From NCBI RefSeq assembly GCF_009914755.1, contig NC_060937.1: a DNA stretch of 64,000 nucleotides. One strand, written 5' to 3'. The position numbers were made by a program, and so were the translations under genes. Origin of the DNA: the human T2T-CHM13v2.0 reference genome, Homo sapiens. How positions within the stretch are numbered: the stretch's first letter is position 1; the number at the start of each line of letters is the position of its first letter. Below are positions 29,491 to 42,443 of the stretch, piece by piece. Below the pieces are notes generated by a model. The model was given only the letters and a program-made list of their open reading frames with translations, was not told the DNA's origin and did not search any database.

Positions 29491-30552
29491 TTTCTAATGC
29501 GAATATTTTATATTTTAAACTTGAAGAATGATCAAAATAATTAACAGCAATAACTAATGTGAAATAAGGTGTTAAATAGGATTTTTCCGTTGCTATAGAA
29601 TTGGAACAGGAATCCACAAATGAAAACAAAGAAGAGTTAAGGACCCCACTGTAAAGAGAGAAAGCAATATATTTCTTACTCCCAGCCCCAGCCAGCACTT
29701 TCTAAATGGCAGAGCCAGCCCAGCCACCACTGACATAAGCATCCTTTACTTCCCAGAGTGGTAGAGAGGACTCAGAAAAGGGAAGGCCATTCGGGGCATG
29801 GGCCTGGAGGGAAATTTAGTGTTACTAATGAAAGATTTTTACCTTACCACCCTGTGATGGAAGAGAAGAGGTTCTCCTACCCAAGTGATAAAAAAAGACC
29901 CCTCCCAAATCATAGACATTGGGGATGTCTGCAAGGAGAGGGAAACTGACGTCTACTCCCTGGCTGGATGCTCACTGAGCTGTGAAATCTTTAGGCCAAT
30001 TATTTTGACTTGGTTTAGCTAAGTAGACTATAGTGAAGGAATTCTGCATTATCTGGAGTTGTCAGTTTTGCATTTAAGGCACTAAAGACTGCTGTTCTTC
30101 CAGATATTTTAGGAGATTCAAAACTTGCTGGTGTAGACCACACCAGCCTGAGAAGGATAGCACGACTTTTCTGATCTCCACAACACAGGGAAGACCTCAG
30201 GGGTTCCTTTGGCTCCATATGAAGGAGAACAGAGTTCACAGGTGATTCCAAGTTAACCAAGTGGCCATCACACAACACAAACAGTGCTTACCAGGAGGGA
30301 AGGGCAGAAGGAAGCATTCTGCTTTCCGAGATGGTCAAGAAACAGTGAGCTGTATGCCATCTCAGAAAAACCACAAATCTAGTTTTTCTAGACAAAATCT
30401 AGTTTGAGACGGCATGTCAGCAGAGACCACCAGCATCAATGGAACCAGACCAAATCAGAGAATACCAGAGATGCTGCTACACCACTGATGTGGGTGGTTA
30501 TAACTGAAGATTCCTTCAGCATTGCTTCTTGCTTGGTGAAAAAAAATATATA

Positions 30553-30781
30553 TTTCTTCCTCCTCTTGTCACCCTTCTCCTTTTCCGCCCTCTCTGCTTT
30601 CTACCCTCTGCCTCTTCCTTTCTCTCTCTCCTTTCCCTACTCTCCCTCCTCTTCCATCACTATTACTACCATTCTTCTTCCTCTTCTCCTCCTTCTCTCC
30701 CTCTTCCTTCTCCTGTACTCTCCTCCCTCCTTGTCCTCCTCCTCTCTACCTTCTTCTCCTCCTCCTTTCTTCTTCTCATCT
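30553..30781. repeat. CT-rich low-complexity polypyrimidine tract
   Basis: About 230 bp almost entirely C/T on the plus strand. Confidence 0.9.
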
Positions 30782-31160
30782 TTAATTCAAATATATTAGA
30801 AAGAGAGAATGTCAAAGAATGATGTGTAAAGAGTTGAGTAAAAGTTTATTTGTGAATGTGTGTTGGGGCTAAGGAGCAAGACTTGGCAGGGAAGAAGGTG
30901 ATAAGAAGGCAGAATAGACACTGCTGACACTGCAGCAAGTCTTATAGTGGATGACTGTCAAGCCAATCCAAATATTTTAGACTCCAGCTGTATGAACAGA
31001 TGTTCCCAAATTGGTGAACTGTTTACATTTAACAGAGGACATTTAATCTTTCAAGAGACTCTGATCTAAGGTTGTCTTCTTTTAAAAGTTAATATGTCTG
31101 TCATAAGATTTTATTCCTAGTAGCAAATATTTAAAGCAACACTTTTTAAAGAAAGTAGAA

Positions 31161-31300
31161 ACTGGTATGATGGTGTGTGCTTGCAGTGCCGGCTACTCAG
31201 GAGCCTGATGAGGGAGGGTCACTTGAGCACAGGATTTTGAGTCTACCCTGGGTAACACAGTGATACCTCATCTCTTAAACAAACAGAAAAACAAAAAACG
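31161..31300 (+). mobile_element. FLAM-type Alu monomer
   Basis: Single 7SL-derived arm (TGGTGTGTGCTTGCAGTGCCGGCTACTCAGGAG...CATCTCTT) plus A-rich tail; GAAAGTA on both sides. Confidence 0.8.
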
Positions 31301-31411
31301 AAAGTAAGAAAGTTGTGGAAAATTGCAATTTAAAATTATAATTTCTTAGTAAACATGTTAGAGACTGAAGTTATTTTGATAATATTTTTTTCCAAAATCA
31401 TACATGATAGA

Positions 31412-31783
31412 TGTGTCAGTCAGTTTCACACTGCTATAAAGAACTTCCTGAGACTGGGTAATTTAAAAAGAAAAGAAGTTTAATTGACTCACAGTTCCAC
31501 ATGGCTAGGGAGGCCTCAGGAAATTCACAATCATGGCAGAAGAGGAAGCAGGCACATCTTACATGGCAACAGGCAAGAGAGAGCCTGTGAAGGAGGAACT
31601 GTCAAACACTTATAAAACCATCAGATCTTGTCAGAACTCACTCACTATCGTGAGAACAACATAGGGGAAACCATCCCCATGGTTCAATCACCTCCCACCA
31701 GGTCCCTCCCTTGACATGTGGGGATTATGGGGATTACAATATGAGATGAGATTTGGGTGGGGACACAGAGCCAAATCATAGCA
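31412..31783 (-). mobile_element. THE1D-like MaLR solo LTR
   Basis: TG...CA termini; AAGGAGGAACTGTCAAACACTTATAAAACC; flanks ATAGA/ATAGG. Confidence 0.9.
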
Positions 31784-32898
31784 ATAGGATATGGAGTTAT
31801 ATAGTAGACTTAATTTTTTAAAGTAAGTTTTTAAAATTCTGAATAATGCAGTGTAACTTTTTGTAACTCTAGCATAAAGATACCTCTGTATGTATTTATG
31901 CAACAAATTAGATAATCTCATAATTCACTGAGCGTAAAAGATGAACAATATGCCACATTCTAGATCGTCTATATAGCCACGGCTATATAGACAAAAGCAG
32001 ATAGAAGGTTTAGAAAAACGTTTGGATCAAAATGCCAAAGACTTAACTAAGTACCATATTATATGAGAATCAAAGGAAGAGATAGTTTTGTGATCTGAAT
32101 TATTTGGATTGATTGCACAAAGTGACAACCAGAAAAAAAGAACAGAAAAACAATAAAATTATTCTTAGATGAAAATTTTATTAGCTTCTCTTTCCTCTAC
32201 TCTAGTATAATATTTTCTTCATTTTACACACACTTTAAAATTCATCTAAGAAGAAAATATAAGATTTACATATAATTCAGATACTTTTTCTTATGAGCTA
32301 GAGAGGCCAAAGAAACAAACCAACAAACCAAAAAACAATCCCTTCCATTAAACCCCTGAGTAAAAGTCAGGAAGTTGATCATATGCGATGATGTGACACC
32401 TCTTAATCACGGAGAAAGGACATTGATGAATAATCAGCAGGATAGCAAAGGTGTAGTGCAGTCACTGATAGGACATCAGCAGTTACTCCTGGGAAAGTGT
32501 AAGAAATTTTAAGGAACAGCAGAAAAGAATGAAGGACTCAGCTCCCTAACAGAATCAGAGAATTCATAGGCTCAGATAAAGGTGACTCGTTTCTGTATTT
32601 CTATGTCAGAAATATACAGGAGCTCATCCCCCCAAAAGTGAAGCAGTCTATAGTCACAAATTTTATTTTGGAAAAATGAAACAAAACCAGAGAAAAACTT
32701 AGAGCATCTTTACACAAGCTTTTTTTTTTCAAGTGCTTTTTGTTATTCTAATGGATCCTATATTCAAAACATTCCAAGATAATCAGTGTCTCTCTGCAGG
32801 AAACCCTGCTGATTTTAGGGAAATGATTAATAATCGGTCACTTTCTCTGCCCCTTTCAGCTTCTCTTAAGTTTAGTGAGGAAGCTTAAAGAATTCTTA

Positions 32899-32917
32899 CA
32901 CCTCCCCCTGCTGGCAG
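32899..32917 (-). promoter_or_regulatory. Candidate CTCF motif
   Basis: Minus strand reads TGCCAGCAGGGGGAGG, close to the CTCF core CCASYAGRKGGCR; motif only, binding not shown. Confidence 0.45.
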
Positions 32918-33606
32918 CAAACAAGAAGTGCAGGTTTGGTACGTAAAACACGTTCACGCTGAAAATAATGGCTAAGATCAACTTTTGATTCTAAAAACAA
33001 GATTCTTTCCATCTGTAATCCGTGAAAAAGTTTGAAACATGAATTTAAAACATGAAAAGTAATAATAAAGTTTTGGGAAGTACTGCTTTTCAGAAGTCAA
33101 ACAATGAGTATTATGTTAAAATATTTAATTCAACAGCATTCCTTCAAAAATTTATATTTCTGAAATCTGACTCCAGAAATGACTTTGTTGTGATCTTTAC
33201 GTCTTTTCAACTGTGTCTCTACTTGCTGCCATTCTCTCTATAGATCCCATTATTATCCGTCGCGGAGACAGGAGGTTCGTCAATCACTTAATCTGCTCCC
33301 CTGCACTTTCCAACTCCCTTGCTGTTCTTGCTTCTGGGCGGTACTGATGGGTCACTTACGGGTCCACACACGGAGGACCCAGCCCATGATCCCCATCTGC
33401 CTCTGCTGCGGCAGGTACTGCAGATGTTCCAGAGAGTGGAGTGTCCATCAACCTAGATGCTTGAGAGCCTATGTTGAGCAGGGGCCTCTGTGTGTTCCTC
33501 CCCTCATTGACCTACAGCTGAATTTGAGTGAGAACTACCTGTTAGGTGTTAAGCAATTGAGAGTTCATTTGTCCTGAAAATAACAACGTAGCTGATGACT
33601 TTAGAA

Positions 33607-34211
33607 TGTAAACCAAAACATATCTGATACAAGTCTAAATCAATTTACAAAGTTTATTTTGCCAAGGTTAAGGAGGCACACCCCTGACACAGTTTCAGAA
33701 GGTCCTCACAACATGTGCCCAAGGGGTTCAGGGCACGGCTTGCTTTCATACATTTTAGGGAGACGTGAGACATCAATCTATATGTCTAAGATGTACGTTG
33801 GTTTGGTCTGGAAAGACAGGGCAACTCGAAGTGGGGCAGGGGCTTCCAGGTCATAGGTAAATAACAGACAAATGGTTACATTCTTGTAAGTTTCTGATTA
33901 GCCTGTCACTGAATATACGATTTACAGGAATAGTCACTTATGCCTTAGTCTGGCTTAGTGAAACAATAGGGCAAAGGAAGCAATCAGATATGCATTTGTC
34001 TCACGTGAGCAGAAAGATGACTGAGTTCTGTCTGTCCTTTATCCACAAGGAGTTTCTTTGCAGACAAAGTGGGAGAGAGGTATTTATCTTTTTAATCTTT
34101 GTAGCTGTTTTATTTAGGAGTAGAATGGGAGGCAGATTTGTCTGCAGTACTTAGCTTGACTTTTCCCTTTGTTAGTGATATGGGGGTTGCAAGATTTATT
34201 TTCCTTTCACA
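33607..34211 (-). mobile_element. MER4A-family ERV1 solo LTR
   Basis: Minus strand starts TGTGAAAGGAAAATAAATCTTG; plus strand has AAAGTTTATTTTGCCAAGGTTAAGG and CATTTTAGGGAGAC; 605 bp with TG...CA ends. Confidence 0.9.
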
Positions 34212-34249
34212 GGTATATTTGCACCTTTCACAAGAACATTAAGAACAAT

Positions 34250-34440
34250 CCTGAGCATTCTTCATGTCTCGTTTGATCCTTACCACTGCCCTCTGCAGTA
34301 CTTTATATAGATGTTATTAGCCACATTTTGTATGTGACAAAACTCTGGCAAAGGTAGATTAGATGCATTGTTCCAGGTCACACGGGCAAGAAGTGATGGA
34401 ACCAGGAATCAACTCAGATTCCAAATTTCCTCAATTTTTA
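34250..34440 (-). mobile_element. MIR SINE
   Basis: TTTGATCCTTACCACTGCCCT...CCACATTTTGTATGTGACAAAACT...AGGTCACACGGGCAAGAAGTGATGGAACCAGGA. Confidence 0.65.
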
Positions 34441-35003
34441 TTTCGACTTTACATTGTCTCATAAAACAAAATTCACAATTATGTAAGATTAATTACATCA
34501 AGTTGAACATCATCACTTTGTTTAAAAAGTTATAGGGGCAAATACATTTAACACACAAAAAATTATTAAGTCTACTTTGTTGAAAGCACTACTGTAAGCA
34601 TTGCAAGATATACAAACAAGTATGAGATGTAGTCCTTATCTTCACAGAAATTACATTCATGCTTGGAAGCCCAGTCAAAGAAACATGGAAAGCTCAAGAG
34701 CAATATAGAAAACTTTACAAATAGTCCCTGACTAGTTGTCAAGTTAGCTTTTCACACATTAGGTGATCAGTAAATGTTTGCTGGGGAGAAGGCAGAGGAC
34801 AGATCACGAAAGAAGGGTGGAGAAGAATGGTGAAGAAGGTGAGTGATGGGATTATAGTGCAGCTTCCCATCCTATAAGAGAGTCAGGCAAGGCTCCATGG
34901 AGCAGGTGTGGTTTAGCATAAACTTAATGGATGGGTAGGGTTGTATTCAATTGTATTGAATGATGGGCAGGTTTTATCATTGCCACCAAATTATGAAGGG
35001 CCC

Positions 35004-35530
35004 TGTGATGGTTAATTTTATGTGTCAACTTGGTTGGGCCATGAAATGCCCAGATTATATGTGACTTTGGGGGTGTATCTGTGAGGGTGCTTGTGAGATT
35101 AACATTTGAATAAGTGGCCTCGGTAGGTTGCCACCCCCAATGTGGGTGGGAATCATCAACCCCTTAACAGCCCGAATATAAGAAAAGGTGGAGAAAGGAA
35201 GAATTCATCCCTTTTGTTCTGCCTCACTACTTGAGTAGGACATCCCATCTCCTCTTCTACCCTTGAACCGGTATTTACACCATTCATTCTCAGACTAAAA
35301 CTGAATTACACCATTGGCTTTCCTGGGTCCCCAGCTTGCAGAATGCAGATTGTGGCAATTCTTAGCCTCCATATGACATGAGCCAATGCCTCATAATAAA
35401 TCTCCTTTTTATATACAGATAGATAGATGATAGATAGAGGGTAGATAAATATAGGGACATAAATATACACATAGATATAGGTATATATCTCTGATTTGTT
35501 TGGTTTCTCTGGAGAATCCTGACTAATGTA
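35004..35530 (+). mobile_element. MLT2 (C/D-like) ERVL solo LTR
   Basis: TGTGATGGTTAATTTTATGTGTCAACTTG start; TTTCTCTGGAGAATCCTGACTAA end; internal AATAAA and (GATA)n. Confidence 0.9.
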
Positions 35531-36117
35531 GTTCCTATTAAAGAATTTGCATTTATCTTATAGGCAGAAAGACATCCTTAATGTTTGTAGAATATTGCAC
35601 TGTCAGTAAAATATCTTAGATAGTGCATAAAGGAGGTATAGGCAGAGACCAGCAAGAGAGATCATTAATATACACACAGTTATACATACTTACATTATGT
35701 TATCTATAACCATGTCTCTTTATGATGTCTACAGATATGACTTTTCAAATTTTGTCTGAATCAACTATTCACCTGTACAAAAAATGACATCTGTTAACAG
35801 TTTTATTCTAGTCAGTTAATTTCCATATTCTTTAAAACAAATGAAGTACAGTAGATGAAGTATATTGAACATTATTTTTATTGGAGGAATACATACTTAT
35901 GGGTTTGTCTTAGTCTATTCAGGCTGCTTTAACAGAACACTATAAATTGGGTGGCTTATAAACAACAGGAATTTATTTTTCACAGTTGTGAAGGCTGGCA
36001 GTCCAAGATCAAGGCACCAGCAAATTCATTGTCCCATGATTTTGAGGAGGTCCCACTCCTCATGGATGGTGCCTTCTTGCTGTGTCCTCACTTGGCAGAA
36101 AAGAAAAATGGCCCCCT

Positions 36118-37101
36118 TGAAGCAGCATTGTTGTCTGGGGTTAATATCCGGGATTCATCATCTCGCACCAAGAAGATTTAGGACAGGGACACACATGAAG
36201 AGTGGGCTTAGGAGCGGTGGTGTAATAGGCAAAAGAAAGACAAAGGAGAGTAGCTCTCTCATGAGAGAGAAAGAAACGGGGGGAAGGGGGGAGAGAGAGA
36301 GAGAGAGAGAGAGAGATCTGAAAGGGAAAAACTGGCATGCAGCAGACTGCTCCAGGTTATTATTATTATTATTATTATTATTTTGAGACAGTTTCATTCT
36401 TGTTGCCCAGGCTCGAGTGCAGTGGTGCGATCTCGGCTCACCACAACCTCCACCTCAAGTGATTCTCCTGCCTCAGCCTCCCAAGTAGCTGGGATTACAC
36501 GCGCACACCACCATGCTCAGCTAATTTTTTTGTATTTTTATAGAGACGGGGGGTTCACCATATTGACCAGGCTGGTCTCGAACTCCTGGCCTCAAGTGAT
36601 CTGCCTGCCTCGGCCTCCCAAAGTGCTGGGATTGCAGGCATGAGTCACCACACTGGCCTGTGCCAGATTTTATAGGCAGGCTTGAGGAGGCGGTGTCTGA
36701 TTTATGTGGGATGCACAGATTGGTTCTATCAGGTGTGACATTTACCTGGTGCAGCAGGAAAGGCTGTATGGCCCCACCCTAATCTTATGCAAATAGGCTT
36801 TCTACTTGGCCATCTTGTCTGCTCCTTACTGTACATGTGGTTGGCAAAGTGAAGAGAAGATGGAGCCGCCATTTTGAACATGCCTATTCCTGGGTAGCCT
36901 TTTCCTATTGGTGCAACTGTCAGCATTCACCTGTGCAAGCTTCTAGCTTGCTTGTTTATGTCTGCAGCTCAATTTTACAGGCTACTCTGCATTAGAAAAG
37001 CAAATTATTTGGGGGCTGCTTTTCATTAAAAGGAAAACCTTTCCAAGGACTTCCTTACCCTCACTATCTGCCTAAATAATTTATTTTTAACTCCTATATC
37101 A
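36118..37101 (-). mobile_element. MER50-like ERV1 solo LTR containing an Alu and (GA)n
   Basis: Minus strand starts TGATATAGGAGTTAAAAATAAATTATTTAGGCAGATAGTGAGGG; perfect 4-bp TSD CCCT at 36114-36117 and 37102-37105. Confidence 0.85.
36357..36658 (-). mobile_element. AluS with (TTA)n tail
   Basis: Two Alu arms on the minus strand ending CACTGGCC; tail has become (TTA)n. Confidence 0.92.
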
Positions 37102-39303
37102 CCCTCAAGCTCCTTTATAAGAGCACTAATCCCATTCATGAGGGTGGAGCCCTCATGACCTAACCAACTCCTAAAGGTTTCACCTCTTAATAACATCACT
37201 ATGGGGGTTAGGTTTCCACATAGGAGTTTTGGCAAGATGCAAACTCTCTGACCTTACCAAGGTTATATCAAACACAGCAAAAGAACATCTAATGGCCACC
37301 TCTGGTTCTATTCCTCAAAGGTAAGCTCCTTTAACTGTCTCTTTTAGTTTGGGGTGATAATTACCTTCACAACTCTGAACGATATACTTGTACCTCTATT
37401 TCTTGACTAAAAAAATACTAAAATACATCTTGTCTTCATAATTCGGTACATGAGGATTTATCTCATACTATTCTACCTTCTCTCAATTAGATATTTTAAT
37501 ATTACTTTAAAGGTTTTAAAACTACTTTTTAAACTATCGATAGCATTCTTCTTAACCTCCTCTCGTTTTTTTTTCCATCAACTTCTGCCAATACTTCTTG
37601 ACTCTCTCTTTGTGAGATGAAGAAATGAGTGCTTCTGCCCTTTCCTCCATAGGTTCTCTTCCTCCTGAAAGTCCAACGTGCTTACTTTGATCTTGTGAAG
37701 ATTACTAACATTTACCTCTCCAGCAACCCCAATCAAGTCTTCATGTTTTGACAATAGATTGATGATAAAATTTGAAAATCAGTAACTAATATTTACGCTG
37801 GTCTGATCATATTCATATTATTCAATGCTGAGCCAAGTCATTTGTTCAAATTAGTTTTCTTTCCATAGGCCCATTGCCTTCACCTCTTGGTCACCCTAAA
37901 AAATATTTTTCGAGTTAAAGTCAATTTGATTCTTCTTTTAAATACAACATCAATTATTAAGTTCATGTTATATTTAATTTGCTTTTTATCTAGATAATGA
38001 ATTTCATGACCAGGGCTATTTGTTTATTTTCTTTGAAGTTTTAAATTGTCTTTCTTTCTAACTTCTATTGGTCACATTCATTATATCCTGTTTTTTCCCT
38101 TGTTCTTATCTTGTGTGCCTAATATGTCCTGGATTGCTCTAAAAATTTTACCATCCTACTGAATATATTTTCTCCAGGGTCTATGTTTCTTCTGGTTGTT
38201 ATTTTCTTTCCTGCTACTGGTTTTTCTCATTTGCCTGGTGATGCTTGGTTATCTATTCAGGGATCTCATGGAAGAAAAGGGTACCTGGTGTGAATTTCCC
38301 CTGCTATTGGATTTTCAACGGAAGTTTTACGTTTCCTGGGAATTATACTTGGCTCAGTTGGCTTTTCTGTGTGTGGCCAAGTCAGGCCAAGTGGGTGGCT
38401 GTAATTGCTGCTCAACTCTGCAAATCAATAGAGCTCCATCTTTTAAGGCTGTAGGTAGAGGGGATAGTGGCCACAATTTCTTCCCTCCCCCTACTTACCT
38501 GAACAAGACTACTTTGATAGCCCTAGGGCTAAGAAGTTGCAATTTAGGGTAAGTGGATACAGAATTGGTTGTCTGTGTCTCCAACCCTCCAAATTCCAGG
38601 ATGAGGAGGGCATTTAGTGGTTGCAGAAGCAACAAGAGGCTATGCCTGGAGGGAATGCCAACTTCATGGCCTCTGTGGAGCTAAAGAAGTGGGATGGGCA
38701 CATAGACTGCATAATGGCCCATCAAAGATCTTTTATTGATTCCTCTGTTTCAACTTCACTTCTCTTTCCTACAATTGGCCATCTGCTAATTCTGAACCCA
38801 GAATTTCTTCAGAGTTCTACAAGAGAGATATTCCTCACTTCCTGGTAGAATATTCCAGGCTGATTTTATTCATTGTTTCATTTAAATATTTACTTCTATC
38901 CGCTCTGGCTCTGATACATTTTTTGGAATATTTGTACATTGATAACTTTTCTCAGCATTTATATTGTTCTTTCAGACATTTGGAGTATATTCTTTTTGTA
39001 CCTGATACCTCCTTCATCTCACTCCGGTTACCATTAGTGATTCAAAAAAGATGAGAGGCAAACATGGATGTTACTCATATTGTCTTCTCTTTCTCAGAGA
39101 CATCACCTAGTTCAGAAGCCCTAGTGGAAGAATCTCTATGTTCCAAGAGGAATATCAATATGAAGGATAAGAAATAAAGGCTGCTACTTGAGGAGTCAAG
39201 TGGTACAAAGGAAATGAACACTTAGTGGCAATGGACTACTGATTATATTTCTCAACCTCATGGAAAAAAAAAAGTGGGCTACACTGATTTTTGATTAGGA
39301 AAT

Positions 39304-39747
39304 TGTATTAGTCCATTCTCACACTGCTACAAAGAAATAACTAAGACTGGGTAATTTATAAAGAAAAGAGGTTTAATTTCCTTCTGGTTCTGCAGGCTGT
39401 ATAGAAAGCATAGCGGCTTCTGCTTGGTTTCTGGGGAGGCCTCAGGAAACTTACAATTATGGCAGAAGGAGAAGGAGAAGGAGAAGGAGAAGCAGGAACA
39501 TCTTACATGGCCGGAGCAGGAGCAAGAGGGAGAGGTGGGGAGGTGCTACTCACTTTTAAAACAACCAGTTCTTGTGATAACTCACTCACTCGACAGTACC
39601 AACAGAGGATGGTGATAAAACTTTCATGAGAACTCATGATCCAATGCCACCCATGATCCAAACACCTCCCACCAGGCCCCTCCTCCAACATTGGGGATTA
39701 TAATTCAATGTGAGATTCGGGCAGGGACACAGATCCAAACCATATCA
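39304..39747 (-). mobile_element. MSTA-like MaLR solo LTR
   Basis: TGTATTAGTCCATTCTCACACTGCTA...AGATCCAAACCATATCA; flanks GAAAT/GAAAC. Confidence 0.92.
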
Positions 39748-39989
39748 GAAACATACTCGTATTTTTAGATTCATTATTCCCCTCTTTTCAACTCCATCTA
39801 TTTCAGCATTTGCTCTGTTTCAGGCTTGCTTCTGCACATTAGATTTCTGGACTTGGTGTCTTAAAGAAGAATGTTTTCTTTTCTGTGTCTCTATGTGATA
39901 CCTCCACAAAAAAATTAACCAGAATTTTTGTTTTGTCACCATCATCATCATTGCTATTATTACTTAAAGGATTAGATTTCCCTGTTTCC

Positions 39990-40260
39990 TATTTCTAACC
40001 TCTTAAAATCCCTTTGGATTTTTAATCTGCAATTCCCAGTGTTTGCCAGTTTAGTGCCATCTGCAAATTAGTTAATGTGCAGTTTAGCCTTTCTTTGAAA
40101 TCAGTAATTAAGATGTAAAGTAAGACTGAGCCCAAGACTAATTCCCTGGGCTTCCCACTGGGACCTCTCCTGAGCTCCCCAACTCTTTTATGACCACCTC
40201 TGGTTTATCATCTTCCAGCCAAATCTCAAGCTATTTTACTAACTATATAATTAAGTTGAT
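39990..40260 (-). mobile_element. CR1/L3-clade LINE reverse transcriptase remnant (may extend to about 40800)
   Basis: Minus translation SGKPRELVLGSVLLYILITDFKERLNCTLT/FADGTKL aligns with CR1 RT [21 protein letters not shown]...KFADDTKL, with one frameshift. Confidence 0.8.
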
Positions 40261-42400
40261 TTATGACAGTCACTAGATTAATTTTATTTTGTAAAATGTT
40301 GTCTGATACATATATTTATTTTACTTAGTTTCATATTTGCATATGTCGAAACATTATAGCCAAAGAAGAAAAATATTTTTAGTCAGGATAACCCTGACAT
40401 TTTCTATTAAATGATCACTTGGTCTGGAGACATACAGAGATAGTCTCTTAATATTAGTTCTATCATTTGACTGCAGCCGAAGTTCATCATCTATAATATA
40501 ATTACAATCCGATGATCCTTTTTTTTCTTTCTTATTTATAGGTCTTAAATAATTTTTCAGTCTTCTAGTATCTTTCCAATTCTTTAGGGTAAAAACAAAA
40601 AATTTATCTCCATTTTAGTAAATCTATTCACTTATTCCCTGATCAGCCATAGAAGAATCTTTTGTTTTCAGGTCTTAGGCATTTTCTGTTAGCTGCCAAT
40701 TATCTATGTCTCAGACTGACATTCAAATAATTAACTATTCAGGTGCACTGATCTCACCACCAAGGGTTTTATGAGCATTTGAGAAATTTGTTTAAGTTTA
40801 ATTGGGAAATTAAGCCATGGGGCAATGTTATTGCAAAGCTATACTGCTGTGTTCTGAGTAACTAGACTAATCTAGGTCAGAAAAGCACAATAGGACATAC
40901 AAACACCCCAAGAACACAAAATTGTGCTTTTAATGACTGCCAAATTCTAAGATACTTTAATCTTACCATTCTGAGACTCTTTCTTTTTTTGGTGTGCAGA
41001 TCGGGCTCTGGTTTATAACCAAAATCTTCTTAATGATTTTTAGCCCTGCCTCTTCCCTCCAGCTCTCCTTTCTCCTTTCAGAACTTACTCAAGTATTTTA
41101 TTACTTGTGTGTTTGCAAAACATATTGCTCTTTTCTCTGTAGTATCAGATAACATTCCTAGCACTCTGAGTTAGACACTGGTTTCTCCTTTTCTGGGAAA
41201 TGCATCCAGACAGGCAGTAAACATTTTTATTTCACTATAAATACGTGAGAGTTTATGATGTATAACGGGACTGTAGAGTGACTGAGTATTTCTTCTCAGC
41301 TGATACTTAGCTCTCAGAGAAGCCTGAATGAATGGGATTTTCTTATTTTATATTTTCCTTAAGAACTTTTAAAATTTTTCTTTAATATAACTGAAAATTA
41401 TCAAAAGGAAAGGCAAAATAGGAAAGGAGAAAGGAAGGGAGGGAAGAAGAGAGAAAAAGCATGAGAGCATGTGAACTTGTTCCTAATCTGGAATTCCAAC
41501 TTTCCCAGCATTTTTCTGTTATCTTCACAGTAACTAGACTTAAAAAAAAAACAAACCCAAAAAACAAAAACAAAAATAAAACCTGGATTCTCCCTGTGTG
41601 CCTGTGTGAAAATTTTTGAAGCTATACAGTCACTTTTCTCCTTTTTTGTCTTCTTAATAAGTAAAGGTATTAACTGAAGACATGTAAGTTGCTTTAAGAA
41701 ATAATTTTACGTGTTTGAGACTACTGACCCTTATAAGATGAATACAAAAATATTAGGTTCATTTCTTAAGTAGAAGTCTTTTAATTAGGAGCTTGAATAA
41801 AATTAGAGAATGTTGTCAATGTGGTTCCAAGTTTGGCTATTTGTTGTACTTTGGGCGGTTTCCTGTGTCCATCAGATTTAATGAGCTTCTGTGATCCTGA
41901 TTTTGGCTTGTTATTATTGTATTCTTGTGTTTATTCTGACTTGTCTTGACAGTATATTATTTTCTTCTTTCTGCTATTTTATATTTGTGGTGACTTACAG
42001 TAAAGTGCTCCTAGACCAGAAATGTAATATGTAAGCATAATTAGGATGCCTTTTTGTTTCTTCGCACGTGTGATATGAACATAGCATACCCCATCTATAT
42101 GAAATACATAGTCTTACATATTATTTGATTCTTATTAATTCATATTTATTCTGTGTATATTTTCTTCTTGGTTAAAAAAGATTTTATAATTGCTTATGTT
42201 CTCAGATAATATGATAGACTACTTTAACAACAAAGGATAATAGTGTTCTTAATAGCTAGGTATAATACTTACTTATGAGGACTAAAATAGCCAACTGGAG
42301 TAGACCTCTACTGTAGTGAATGTGTGTTTGCAAAACATATTGCTTTTCTCTGCAGTATCTGACAACCTTCCTTTTCTCTGTAGTATCAGATAACCTTGCC

Positions 42401-42443
42401 AATGGCAATGACAAAAAACATAATTATTTGTGCACCAACCTAA
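42401..42443. mobile_element. Half MADE1 (Hsmar1-derived MITE), one TIR
   Basis: AATGGCAA...AAAAACATAATTATTTGTGCACCAACCTAA followed by TA, a mariner TIR end. Confidence 0.75.

Larger units (their letters stand above)
35906..37259 (-). mobile_element. MLT1A/MSTD-like MaLR LTR split by MER50; parts 35906-36117 and 37102-37259
   Basis: TGTCTTAGTCTATTCAGGCTGC...GTCCAAGATCAAGGCACCAGCA; resumes TTTATAAGAGCACTAATCCCATTCATGAGGG. Confidence 0.85.

Noticed and set aside
30404-30822. Hydrophobic, membrane-like ORFs of 131 and 97 aa
   Set aside because: They arise from a CT-rich low-complexity tract that lacks stop codons by composition.
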